From contig CAZXTL010000004.1 in NCBI GenBank assembly GCA_964643725.1, positions 27,874 through 91,873 of the forward strand: 64,000 nucleotides of DNA, given 5' to 3'. Below, piece by piece: positions 30,717 through 42,851 of the stretch (the stretch's first letter is position 1; the number at the start of each line of letters is the position of its first letter). The stretch comes from an uncultured Candidatus Marinamargulisbacteria bacterium (GTDB lineage Bacteria; Margulisbacteria; Riflemargulisbacteria; GWF2-35-9; DYQY01). Both the position numbers and the translations under genes were made by a program. The notes beneath the pieces were generated by a model that did not search any database, had not been told where the DNA came from, and saw nothing but the letters and a program-made list of their open reading frames with translations.

Positions 30717-32045
30717 TTATTTAAACCTAATTAGGTTACTTTCTCTTATTTTTGTAATATTAAGACTGCTGAACAAAAAGAATTTTGTTAGCGAAATAGC
30801 AGTAAACATACTGATGATGATACCTATTGATAGGGTAACAGCAAATCCTTTAATAGTTCCAGTGCCAAGCCAGAAAAGTACAAAGGCAGTTAAGAGTGTT
30901 GTAACGTTAGAGTCTACAATAGTAACAATGGCTCTTTGGAATCCACCTTCAATTGCATTTTTAATAGTCTTACCATTACGTAGTTCTTCTTTGTATCTTT
31001 CAAAGATAAGAACGTTAGCGTCAACTGCCATACCTATAGAAAGTATGATACCTGCAAGTCCTGGTAAGGTTAAAGTAACATGTAGCAGTCTAAAAGCTGT
31101 CATAGAAAGGAAGAAATAAAAGATAAGAGATAGGATGGAAATAAATCCTAGAAATTTATAGATAATTAGCATAAATACTGCGACTAAGATAAAACCAATT
31201 ATTCCAGCCTTAATACTTTGATCAATGGATGCTTTTCCTAAGCTAGGTCCAATTTCTTTTTTCTCAATAATGATAACTGGTACTGGTAGTGAGCCAGCTT
31301 TTAATTTAATGACCATATCTTGAACTTCTCTTATTGAGAAAGAACCAGATATCTGTGCTTTCCCTCCAGGGATTGGTCCGTTAATCCTAGGAGCTGAAAT
31401 AACAATTCCATCAAGTAGAATAGCTAATGGTTTTCCCACATTGAGTCTTGTAACATCGGCAAATTTCTTTGTGCCTTCAGCAGTAAATTCTATATTTATA
31501 ATAGGTTTGCCAAATTGGTCTACGCTTGGTCCAGCAAAACTAAGGTCATTACCTGTCATTACTGTTTTTCCAAGGAAGATAGGAGTCTCTTGTACTACGT
31601 TACCGACATTATCTTTTATAGACATTTTGTCTAACCTCATACCTTCGCCAGCAATTATTTTAACTTCTTCGGTGCTTAAGGTTGCGGCATCCTGCGGGGC
31701 AAATTCAGCTTCAACAAATTCTAATAGAGCTGTATCACCAATTAATTTTTCAGCTCTTGTAGGGTCAGTAATTCCAGGAAGCTCAACAACTATTTGTCTT
31801 TTTCCTTTTCTTTGGATAACAGGCTCAGATACTCCTAGTCCATCTATTCTGTTCTGAATAATTGCTAGTGCGCCTAATACCGCGTCATCGTTAACTTTTA
31901 CTTGTTCAGTGTCTTGAGCCTCTAGGACTAGAAGCATCCCACCCTGTAAATCAAGTCCTAGACTGATAGGGATTGTCTTTCCAATAAAGATAATTAAGGC
32001 GATACCAATAACGAGATAAAAGAATTTTAGTTTATCTGTGAACAT
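30717..32045 (-). CDS. secD: Protein translocase subunit SecD (short form)
   Basis: GLDLQGGMLLVLEA motif, a periplasmic domain, and a C-terminal 6-TM SecD/SecF-type region. Synteny tgt-secD-secF. Confidence 0.9.
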   Translation of the reverse strand: MFTDKLKFFYLVIGIALIIFIGKTIPISLGLDLQGGMLLVLEAQDTEQVKVNDDAVLGALAIIQNRIDGLGVSEPVIQRKGKRQIVVELPGITDPTRAEKLIGDTALLEFVEAEFAPQDAATLSTEEVKIIAGEGMRLDKMSIKDNVGNVVQETPIFLGKTVMTGNDLSFAGPSVDQFGKPIINIEFTAEGTKKFADVTRLNVGKPLAILLDGIVISAPRINGPIPGGKAQISGSFSIREVQDMVIKLKAGSLPVPVIIIEKKEIGPSLGKASIDQSIKAGIIGFILVAVFMLIIYKFLGFISILSLIFYFFLSMTAFRLLHVTLTLPGLAGIILSIGMAVDANVLIFERYKEELRNGKTIKNAIEGGFQRAIVTIVDSNVTTLLTAFVLFWLGTGTIKGFAVTLSIGIIISMFTAISLTKFFLFSSLNITKIRESNLIRFK

Positions 32046-32051
32046 TTAAGT

Positions 32052-35508
<3,457 letters not shown>

Positions 35509-35518
<10 letters not shown>

Positions 35519-35545
35519 TGGTTCAATTGTTCATTAGTTCAATCG
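35509..35545. repeat. Left arm of an imperfect inverted repeat (GTTCATTGGTTCAATTGTTCATTAGTTCAATCGTT) spanning the GH57 start codon and the four-helix-bundle gene stop
   Basis: A 13-nt perfect complement (GTTCATTGGTTCA / TGAACCAATGAAC), plus further imperfect GTTCA(A)T-type repeats, to the arm at 36021-36058. Confidence 0.75.
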
Positions 35546-35922
35546 TTAATCTTATTCAGTTGTTTAAGATATTTGATAAAACTATTCACCTTTCTTGATA
35601 ATATATTGATTTGTTCTTCTATTACTATACTATCCTCTTTTTTAATATATCCAAGATTATTAGCTATTATTATTTGTGTTTCTATTTCAGAAAGAGAGCC
35701 AAGAGCAATATATAAATGTTTTAAATACTCCTTATCTGATTGCTTTGCGGCACCTTCAGCAATATTTGATGGTACAGACACACTTGCTCTTTGTATTTGA
35801 GAGCAAAGTGCAAATTTTTCAGACTCAGGAAATTGTTTAGTGATTTTGTAAATAGCTGTAACAAATTCTATAGATTCTTTCCAGATATCTAAATCTTTAT
35901 GTGTTCCCATTTTTTTCTCCAT
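35539..35922 (-). CDS. Four-helix-bundle protein (the family formerly called '23S rRNA intervening sequence protein'). The likely true start is the MGTHKDL Met, 12 nt inside the ORF.
   Basis: Strong family signature read by eye: ...QFPESEKFALCSQIQRASVSVPSNIAEGAAKQSDKEYLKHLYIALGSLSEIETQIIIA..LGYI. Confidence 0.8.
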   Translation of the reverse strand: MEKKMGTHKDLDIWKESIEFVTAIYKITKQFPESEKFALCSQIQRASVSVPSNIAEGAAKQSDKEYLKHLYIALGSLSEIETQIIIANNLGYIKKEDSIVIEEQINILSRKVNSFIKYLKQLNKIND

Positions 35923-36020
35923 TTATAATTTTTAAATAAATAATTGAGTCCTGCAATATTATAGTATATAAATAGCAATTAACTAATAGTTATGCTTTTT
36001 TTAGTTATGATTTAATTTTT

Positions 36021-36058
36021 CCCAATGAACCATTGAACGAGTGAACCAATGAACCGTT
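36021..36058. repeat. Right arm of the inverted repeat (CCCAATGAACCATTGAACGAGTGAACCAATGAACCGTT), abutting the hom stop codon
   Basis: Reverse complement of the left arm. Together the two arms bracket the four-helix-bundle gene and its upstream region (35539-36020). Confidence 0.75.
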
Positions 36059-37307
36059 ATATCCCTACTCTTATAATACTAGCCACGTCTTTGATGCAAG
36101 ACAATGCTTTTATCTTTTCAATGGCTTTGTTTTTAATTCCTTCTTTGATGGAATGTGTAACAATCACTAGTTCTGCATCTTCGTCAGCACCTTTTTGGAT
36201 AGCTTCTTTGATACTGATATTAAGTTTAGCAAAGATACCACTAATTTCTGCAAGTACACCAGGTTTGTCTTCAACGAGTAACCTTATGTAGTACTTGGAG
36301 ACTATTTCTTCTTTAGGTAGTATATTCACTTTTAGCTTTTTCTCTGTAACGTAAGCTGTGCCGTTGATGATATTTAGTATATCTGCCCAAACAGAACCTG
36401 CGGTTGGAATACTTCCAGCTCCACGTCCATAGAACATGCTTTCTCCTGTAGCATCTCCATCTACGTAGATAGCGTTGAATACATCGTTGACCGAAGCAAG
36501 TGGGTGACTGTTTTTTAGAATAACAGGATGTACTCTTAGTTCTAGTCCTTTATCAGTGTTTCTTGCAATGGCTAATAGTTTAATGCTGGCATCAAGGTTT
36601 TTTGCATAATTAATGTCTTTAGCAGATATTTTAGTAATGCCTTCCATTAAAATCTGTTCAATATTTATATCAGCATGAAAAGCTATAGAAGCTAGGATAG
36701 AAAGTTTGTACCTGCTGTCCATACCTTCAACATCTGATGAAGGATCAGCCTCGGCATAACCTAGTTTTTGTGCTTCTTTTAATACAACTGCATAATCAGC
36801 GCCTTCTTTTTGCATCTTGGTAAGGATAAAGTTAGTTGTTCCGTTAAGAATACCAACCATTTCCTTAAAGTTATTTGGTGATAATGAATCTTTTAGGTTA
36901 TTAATGATAGGAATTGCACCACCAACCGAAGCTTCATAAAGTAAGGATACGTTGTTATCTTCAGCTAGCTTAAGTAGATCTTTGCCGTATTTTGCAAGAA
37001 CAAGTTTATTAGCAGTAACAACGTGTTTTTTTGCTTTTAATGCAGATTCAATAATGGTTCTAGCAGGCTCATCTCCACCAATAAGTTCAATTATTATGTT
37101 TATTTCTGGGTCTGCAATAAGTTCTTTGAAGCTGTTAGTTTTTTGAAAAGATGATAGGTCGTAAGGGCATTTGCTAAAGTCTAAATCGCAAATAGTTTTT
37201 AGTTTAAAAGGGGTTTTCGCATGTGAGCTTAATTTGGCAAAATTGCTTTGGTATAAGTGGATAACGCCTGAGCCGATTGTTCCTGTGCCGATTAATCCAA
37301 TGTTCAT
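36057..37307 (-). CDS. hom: Homoserine dehydrogenase
   Basis: N-terminal NAD(P)-binding GLIGTGTIGSGV motif, a central catalytic region, and a C-terminal ACT-like regulatory domain. 416 aa. Confidence 0.9.
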   Translation of the reverse strand: MNIGLIGTGTIGSGVIHLYQSNFAKLSSHAKTPFKLKTICDLDFSKCPYDLSSFQKTNSFKELIADPEINIIIELIGGDEPARTIIESALKAKKHVVTANKLVLAKYGKDLLKLAEDNNVSLLYEASVGGAIPIINNLKDSLSPNNFKEMVGILNGTTNFILTKMQKEGADYAVVLKEAQKLGYAEADPSSDVEGMDSRYKLSILASIAFHADINIEQILMEGITKISAKDINYAKNLDASIKLLAIARNTDKGLELRVHPVILKNSHPLASVNDVFNAIYVDGDATGESMFYGRGAGSIPTAGSVWADILNIINGTAYVTEKKLKVNILPKEEIVSKYYIRLLVEDKPGVLAEISGIFAKLNISIKEAIQKGADEDAELVIVTHSIKEGIKNKAIEKIKALSCIKDVASIIRVGI

Positions 37308-37325
37308 AAAGTTATTATAACGGTG

Positions 37326-37350
37326 AAAGGGAAAAGGGAAAAGGGAAAAA
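37326..37350. repeat. (GGGAAAA)x3 direct repeat in the hom 5' leader, read as CCCUUUU repeats on the coding (minus) strand
   Basis: aaagggaaaagggaaaagggaaaaa, read directly. Located 19-43 nt upstream of the hom start codon on the minus strand. Confidence 0.8.
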
Positions 37351-37365
37351 GTATAAGGTGAAAAG

Positions 37366-38598
37366 TTAGCTGGTATGTTTTTTTAAGTCACTTATGTCTG
37401 TTGTTCTTAATTCTGTAAAATTACTAATAAAAACAGCTAGAGGAATCCTAAGAATTCCATCACGTGTGTCATGTGGATTTATAAGAACTATTTCGTCAGT
37501 TTCTTCTTGATATGATTGAACAAAGTAAGCGTGTTTTGGGTAAATTCGAGTATTTGGTGGTTTAATAGTACTACCAGCAACCATTAATTGATTACTTATA
37601 AAAGCTGAATAGTCTTTTATTCTAGACCTCAGCTTGTCAATGTCTTTAGAGTATATGTTTTGTGATTTTTTACCTAATAATATTTCTATCGCACTTTTCA
37701 TTGAACCAAGAGTTGTTAGTTCCATTGTGTTTGGTTCATAAGAGTCAGTATCTTCGTCATCAAAGGACCCCAAGTCAGACCTTCGTGCTTCTATTTCTAC
37801 TATGGCTTTCCCAAAAGTTCTTTCCATAATTAGGTCGCCGATTCTGCCTTTGTTAAGCTTATTGTTGATGCTAAGTAGGTCTTCAATATTTATTGTTGTA
37901 GTAATTTTCCCCATATTGCCATTTTTATCAGAATGTCTTGGGTCGTAGTAAGTTACTGACCAAGTAAATGGCGAGATTTCCTCAATCATTTTGGGAATTA
38001 CTTTTTGTGCAATGTATGTTCTTAATATTCCTTCGTAGACTGCTAAAAAATAACAATTTCCAACAATTCCTTGTTTTATAGCACCTTCTTGTAATCCCCT
38101 AGGAAATAGATGATGGATATTATGAAATGAAGGGTTCCATTCCATTAATTTGGACATTGATACATCTTTATATTTATTGTCATTATCCCAAGCAACGGTG
38201 TATTTGTTGTTTTCTCTGGCTTTTATGGTCCCTTCATGAAAACTTTGTGTTGTTTTACTGAAAACTCTAATTTTACTTTGTCCAATTCTAAAAGGGTTAT
38301 GGTATTCAAGTTCTAGTGAATGAAACCATTTTTTCCCTTTGGGAGTATCAATAAGATGCATTCCGTCTTCTGTTTTGAGTATTTCTTTAGGAATATACTT
38401 GCCATTATCCTTAATAAATACCGTATCTCCAGCATAGAACGTTCTTTCAGATATTTTTCTTGATATAGCAATAACTTTCTTCTTCATACTTACTATTAAG
38501 CCCAGAAAACAAGACAAATAAACATTTCGGAAATCCATCCGCTCAAATGTACTTAAGGCTTCATAAGGTAGAAACTTGTGAGCACCTTCCTTTATCAA
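37366..38598 (-). CDS. Calpain-like (clan CA, C2-type) cysteine peptidase homologue. The start is uncertain: the track start is TTG, and Met21 or Met38 are alternatives.
   Basis: QGIVGNCYFLAV matches the calpain active-site Cys block QGxLGDCWLLAA (Cys182, codon 38053-38055). KHAYFV matches GHAYSV (His356). VLINPHD matches RLRNPWG (Asn374). Cys-His-Asn spacing of 174/18 aa compares with ~157/24 aa in calpain. Confidence 0.6.
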   Translation of the reverse strand: MIKEGAHKFLPYEALSTFERMDFRNVYLSCFLGLIVSMKKKVIAISRKISERTFYAGDTVFIKDNGKYIPKEILKTEDGMHLIDTPKGKKWFHSLELEYHNPFRIGQSKIRVFSKTTQSFHEGTIKARENNKYTVAWDNDNKYKDVSMSKLMEWNPSFHNIHHLFPRGLQEGAIKQGIVGNCYFLAVYEGILRTYIAQKVIPKMIEEISPFTWSVTYYDPRHSDKNGNMGKITTTINIEDLLSINNKLNKGRIGDLIMERTFGKAIVEIEARRSDLGSFDDEDTDSYEPNTMELTTLGSMKSAIEILLGKKSQNIYSKDIDKLRSRIKDYSAFISNQLMVAGSTIKPPNTRIYPKHAYFVQSYQEETDEIVLINPHDTRDGILRIPLAVFISNFTELRTTDISDLKKHTS

Positions 38599-38621
38599 GG
38601 AAGGTTTAGGTGGGCGAATGG
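38585..38621 (+). repeat. Partial, diverged copy C of the same element: hairpin CCTTCC-TTTATCAA-GGAAGG, then TTTAGGTGGGCGAATGG. It lies upstream of the DUF559 gene.
   Basis: The loop TTTATCAA is the reverse complement of the copy-B loop region TTGATAAA. GGTGGGCGA matches GGTGGCGA. Together with copy B it brackets DUF559 at 38669..39049. Confidence 0.5.
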
Positions 38622-38668
38622 CATTATAGTAACTTTAAATACGTTGCGTTGTTTAGTAAAATGGGACT

Positions 38669-39049
38669 ATGCGAGATCAGATTCCGTTTGTCCCTTATGA
38701 AAAAAGATTGTTGGTTTTTTCGCGGAGGAATAGGATGAATCCTACGCTTGGTGAAGCGAGGATGTGGGATATTTTGAAGAATGATTGTTTTAAAGAATAT
38801 AGATTTTTAAGGCAGAAACCATTATATAAGTTTATTGCTGATTTTTACTGTAGTGCCTATTTATTAGTCATCGAGGTTGACGGAGATTACCATGATTCTG
38901 TCAAAGAATACGACCAACTAAGGGAAGATATCCTTAAAGAAAACTTTGGAATAGAGATTATCCGTTTCACCAATGAAGAAATCATAGAATGCCCCGACTT
39001 CGTCATTAATAAGCTACTAGAAAGATTACACTCACTAAACCCTTCTTGA
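38669..39049 (+). CDS. DUF559 endonuclease-domain protein (Vsr-like fold)
   Basis: Matches the DUF559 consensus: ...ARMWDILKN..FKEYRFLRQKPLYKFIADFYCSAYLLVIEVDGDYH....YD..R...L...GIEIIRFTNEEI. Confidence 0.8.
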   Translation: MRDQIPFVPYEKRLLVFSRRNRMNPTLGEARMWDILKNDCFKEYRFLRQKPLYKFIADFYCSAYLLVIEVDGDYHDSVKEYDQLREDILKENFGIEIIRFTNEEIIECPDFVINKLLERLHSLNPS

Positions 39050-39121
39050 TAAAGAAGGGTGGCGACACCGTAGTGCTTCAGGATTTGTCGATACCTTACG
39101 CCGGGAAGATTGGTGTTTTTT
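39036..39121 (+). repeat. ~85-nt structured repeat element, copy B: hairpin CCCTTCTT-GATA-AAGAAGGG overlapping the DUF559 stop, then GGTGGCGACACCG...TTACGCCGGG..., ending in a T6 run. It may also act as the DUF559 terminator.
   Basis: An 8-bp perfect stem at 39040-39059. A 51-nt gap-free alignment to copy A at 29738-29788. The T-run is at 39116-39121. Confidence 0.7.
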
Positions 39122-39163
39122 CAAGAAAGTATGTTTAAGTTCGTATTTTTTGGGCAGAATATA

Positions 39164-39226
39164 AATAGTGAATAGTGAATAGTGAATAGTGAATAGTGAA
39201 TAGTGAATAGTGAATAGTGAATAGCG
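39164..39226. repeat. Perfect heptanucleotide tandem repeat (AATAGTG) x8 plus one AATAGCG unit, ending 12 nt before the ORF7 start codon
   Basis: Read directly from the sequence: aatagtg x8 at 39164-39219, then aatagcg at 39220-39226, followed by aaAGGTGAagtaATG. Confidence 0.95.
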
Positions 39227-39238
39227 AAAGGTGAAGTA

Positions 39239-42200
39239 ATGGTTGACCCAGTTAGTATTAAATTGTCAGATATTAAATTCGAAACAGGCATTCGAAAGGA
39301 TGCTAGTTTGGTTTTTGTAGTTTTGCAAAAAAATGATAAATTACCAGACGGTTTAACAGCAAAAAATATAGAAACAGCATTAATTAAATTAAAAAATACA
39401 AATGAGTCAGCTTATAGATTATTAATGCAAGCAGTAACTGCTCATACCAATGACAACCTTAATGCTTCGCAAAATGAACTTGGTAAAATAGCTGAGGCTT
39501 TAAAATCATTCGATGTGTCTAAATTTACTTTAGATGATAAAAAAGTAAAGTTAACTATAGATGCTGAATTAATTGATGGTATTGATGTTTCAGGGGGAAC
39601 TGTTCAGTCTGACGCAAAGTTGGCTGAAGTAACTGGTGATTACGATGCTTTTGCGAAAGAGATGCTTAATATTCAACCACCACCAAACGCACCACCAAAA
39701 GTTGAAGCTGAAGAGAAGATTATAAGTCCTGCCAAGAAGAAAATTGCCTTAAGTGACTTATTTGAAAAGGCATTCAAGGGCACACTGACGGTTGCAGATA
39801 TAGATAAAACTCCATTGCCAAAAGATGTAGAAGATATTTTTGTTTCAATTCAAGGCGAAACAAATACTGAAATTTCAGCTGAACAAAAAGTAGCTATACT
39901 TAAAGAACTTGGGAGCCAAGGATTCTTAGGAACTGCTGATGATTATAAAAATGATAAGAGCGGTGTTTTTTCTGAACGTGGGACTGAGTTAGGAAATAAA
40001 CCAACAATTGCTTTTGCAACTGAGTTTTTTAATAGGCCTGGTACAAAACTGCAAGTAAATCAATCGGATTTACAAGCTGCTGTGCATTCTCTTTGTCGGT
40101 CTTTTGAGATAAATAAGAAGTTGGGTAGGGGTATTGGCGAGTTTGCTGTTTATGCAAAAGAATTTATTAGTGCGTCTGCTTATTCCGTCACCAAGATTAG
40201 TAAAACTACAGAGGGAGCAGCAACAAATCTTTCTGAGAAATTAAGCGGAAGTGGACGACCTGGTTTAAATTCAGGGCAATTAAAAGGTTTAGCTACTGCA
40301 TATGCTGGAGCTACTTTTAATCAGCAAACTAATTTGCCAATAAGTAATGGTAGTGGGGCACAGATAACCATAGATCCAAAGGATGATAAGAAAGTAGTGT
40401 TGTCTGTGAAGGTTGGTGACGCTTTTAAGCCAGTAATGAGCTTTGCTAAAGCTGATTTGGATCAGATTGTTGAAGGGACGAAAGATGAACGGGAAGGAAA
40501 AGATTTATGGTTCTTGAATTTCTTGGAGTTTATGACTCAGGAAAAAGATGACAAGGTTCAAACGTGGGGAAACAAGAAGATAACGGATAAAACATATATT
40601 AAAGATGGAAAAACTATTGAGATAAAGGACGTTAATAAGCCATTTCAAGAGGCAGTTAATGGGATAACTGGTGGAGAAGTAGAGTCAATAGGTTTTAAGG
40701 ATTCTCAAGATAAAGAAACACAAATAAGTTGTCTTAAATTAAATGGATTTACTATGTCCGGCATAGAAAGAGGGAGTAATGGCATTGTAAGGGATATGAC
40801 GGTAAATGTAGAAACTAAGCAATTTTTTGTTATTGCAAGAGGTGAGGATAAAGGTCCTTTTAAGTTTTATTTAGCTGAAAAGAGTCCAGCAGGAGGAATA
40901 CAACCTTCTACATTGCCTAATGGAAATAATAAATTAACTTTCACTATAGGTGGTGTGAGTGTGAGTAAAGAAGTTAATGTTGGGGCTTCGGCTGATACAT
41001 CAAAACCTGTAACAGATCCATCAAGAAAGACACCACTAGAATTAGGATCACCTCCTGCACTTAGATCTGGTGTTGCTATGCCAAAAATAGTTCCTGGAAT
41101 GAGTATTAAGTTAGATGAAGTATATGGAGAGTCAAAAGATTTAGCATATAGTTTAGATATTGGTTCTAAAAGTATTTATCCTGTAAGTAATGGAAGAATT
41201 ATTATTCCAGAAGTTGGACAGAGTTTGACTAGTGACCCAAAAGGAGAAACGTTAACCGTTAATGAATCACAACTTGTTATTTCTAGAATTGCAAATCAAA
41301 AATTAGTTCCTAATACAAATACAACTCCAATTAAAATTATTGATCCAGGTAGCTTAACATTCGAGGATTTAAAGGCACTTATTCTTTCTCCACTTGGGAC
41401 AGAGGAGAATATTTCAATATATTTATCTGGCAATAATAGTATGATAACTAAAGGAAATATTGGAGAAATTGTTGGTTTACTAAAGGGTAAACCACAAATT
41501 TTGGCAAAGTTGCTTGAATGGCTAAGCACAGCTCCTGCAATACCTCCCACCTCTCCATCATTAAATTTGGTGAAAATCGAGAACAATATAGTAGTAGACG
41601 TTGTTGCGAACTCTGGAATAGCTGATGGCGTAAAAGGAGCAATTAATAAATTAACACCAGATGAGATTTCTGCTGTTTTTAAAAATGGTAGCGACAATCC
41701 TTCGGTTATTCTTTTAGTTAAGGGATGGTTTGATAATGCAACTGACCCTCAGAAGAGCGCTTTCATTAATATATCCCATCAATTATTAGGTAAGTTAAAA
41801 ATAGATTCAAAAGTGTTGGCTGGATTAGCAAAGGAAGATCCTTCACTGGCTTCTCTTAGTGGTATGGAAGATGATACTGCAAAGATAGTTATTTCTGGAT
41901 TATTAAAGGAAACAACACCACCAGCTGATTACTCAAAACTTATCAAGTTGATTAAATCTGATACAGGTAGATTTACAGGGTTACTACAGCAGTTACAGAA
42001 AGAACAACCTGATTTAAAAGTAAGTTTAAATTGTACGAAAGCATTAGTTGCTGGTCTTAGTGCTGATGAATTAAAAGTAGAAAAAGATGGTTCCACAACA
42101 TTAGCGTCATTAATTTTAAAGGATTTAAAGAGTGCAGATGTTATATCTATATCAAAAGACCTTGATAATGCTAAATTAACAGTAGTTTTAATTGTAGCTA

Positions 42201-42682
42201 AAGAGGGTAGAGCAGAGGTAATGAAGGAAATTTTAGATGCTGGAAGTGATAAGAAATATTCAAAGTTTTTAGCGTTTTATAAAGCTGATCCTAAAAATGC
42301 TGTACTTGTTTTGTCTATGATAAAAGACGATAAAGGTGCAATGGGTGCGTTAGAGAATGCTTTAAAAAACATTGATTCGGCATATTTGAAGGATTTACTT
42401 GACGTAAATTCGAAGTCTATTGCTGAGTTGTTTAGTTTAGTAAAGGATAAGAAGGAAGTAATGGAAAAACTTAAAAAGAATATAGCTGAGCTTAGTAAAG
42501 TTTCAGCAAATCATTTGTTATTGATAAGTTTCCTAAAAGAGATGAAGACTGCTGACTATGATAAAAGTTTTGTGGCTAGCTTAAATAGTTTTCTTGATTT
42601 AACCTTTAAAGCTGAAATTAAAAAAATATCAGCTGTTGGAGCAAGTGGTCTTTTGGGGGCGATTAGATCGTTACAATCATAG
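39239..42682 (+). CDS. Large hypothetical protein (1147 aa), the first gene of the second giant-gene cluster
   Basis: A 3.4-kb ORF with AGGTGA 6 nt upstream of the ATG and a heptamer tandem repeat immediately upstream. No recognisable domain. Confidence 0.75.
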   Translation: MVDPVSIKLSDIKFETGIRKDASLVFVVLQKNDKLPDGLTAKNIETALIKLKNTNESAYRLLMQAVTAHTNDNLNASQNELGKIAEALKSFDVSKFTLDDKKVKLTIDAELIDGIDVSGGTVQSDAKLAEVTGDYDAFAKEMLNIQPPPNAPPKVEAEEKIISPAKKKIALSDLFEKAFKGTLTVADIDKTPLPKDVEDIFVSIQGETNTEISAEQKVAILKELGSQGFLGTADDYKNDKSGVFSERGTELGNKPTIAFATEFFNRPGTKLQVNQSDLQAAVHSLCRSFEINKKLGRGIGEFAVYAKEFISASAYSVTKISKTTEGAATNLSEKLSGSGRPGLNSGQLKGLATAYAGATFNQQTNLPISNGSGAQITIDPKDDKKVVLSVKVGDAFKPVMSFAKADLDQIVEGTKDEREGKDLWFLNFLEFMTQEKDDKVQTWGNKKITDKTYIKDGKTIEIKDVNKPFQEAVNGITGGEVESIGFKDSQDKETQISCLKLNGFTMSGIERGSNGIVRDMTVNVETKQFFVIARGEDKGPFKFYLAEKSPAGGIQPSTLPNGNNKLTFTIGGVSVSKEVNVGASADTSKPVTDPSRKTPLELGSPPALRSGVAMPKIVPGMSIKLDEVYGESKDLAYSLDIGSKSIYPVSNGRIIIPEVGQSLTSDPKGETLTVNESQLVISRIANQKLVPNTNTTPIKIIDPGSLTFEDLKALILSPLGTEENISIYLSGNNSMITKGNIGEIVGLLKGKPQILAKLLEWLSTAPAIPPTSPSLNLVKIENNIVVDVVANSGIADGVKGAINKLTPDEISAVFKNGSDNPSVILLVKGWFDNATDPQKSAFINISHQLLGKLKIDSKVLAGLAKEDPSLASLSGMEDDTAKIVISGLLKETTPPADYSKLIKLIKSDTGRFTGLLQQLQKEQPDLKVSLNCTKALVAGLSADELKVEKDGSTTLASLILKDLKSADVISISKDLDNAKLTVVLIVAKEGRAEVMKEILDAGSDKKYSKFLAFYKADPKNAVLVLSMIKDDKGAMGALENALKNIDSAYLKDLLDVNSKSIAELFSLVKDKKEVMEKLKKNIAELSKVSANHLLLISFLKEMKTADYDKSFVASLNSFLDLTFKAEIKKISAVGASGLLGAIRSLQS

Positions 42683-42724
42683 AGTTTTTTTAGTTTTACT
42701 AAATTTTCCTTTTTTGTTTAAATA

Positions 42725-42755
42725 TTTAAGGTTTGGGCATACTAGTATGTATAAT
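42725..42755 (+). promoter_or_regulatory. Candidate sigma70-like promoter for giant ORF8: TTTAAG, then 19 nt, then TGTATAAT (perfect TATAAT at 42750-42755)
   Basis: By-eye hexamer match in the 169-nt ORF7-ORF8 intergenic region. The spacer is longer than optimal, so the call is weak. Confidence 0.25.
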
Positions 42756-42851
42756 AATGCTATTTTCGTGTATCTTAAAATAAGAGGGAATTTGTGAGAA
42801 ATATTTCGATATATTTATGTGAAGGATTTATAAGATGAGGAGTTGTTTAGT

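Noticed and set aside
36049-37146. Plus-strand ORFs 36049..36291 and 36952..37146 inside hom
   Set aside because: They are antisense to a well-conserved homoserine dehydrogenase.
39164-39226. Possibility that the heptamer repeat is a CRISPR array
   Set aside because: The 7-nt units are directly abutting with no spacers, and no cas genes are present. It is a simple tandem repeat.
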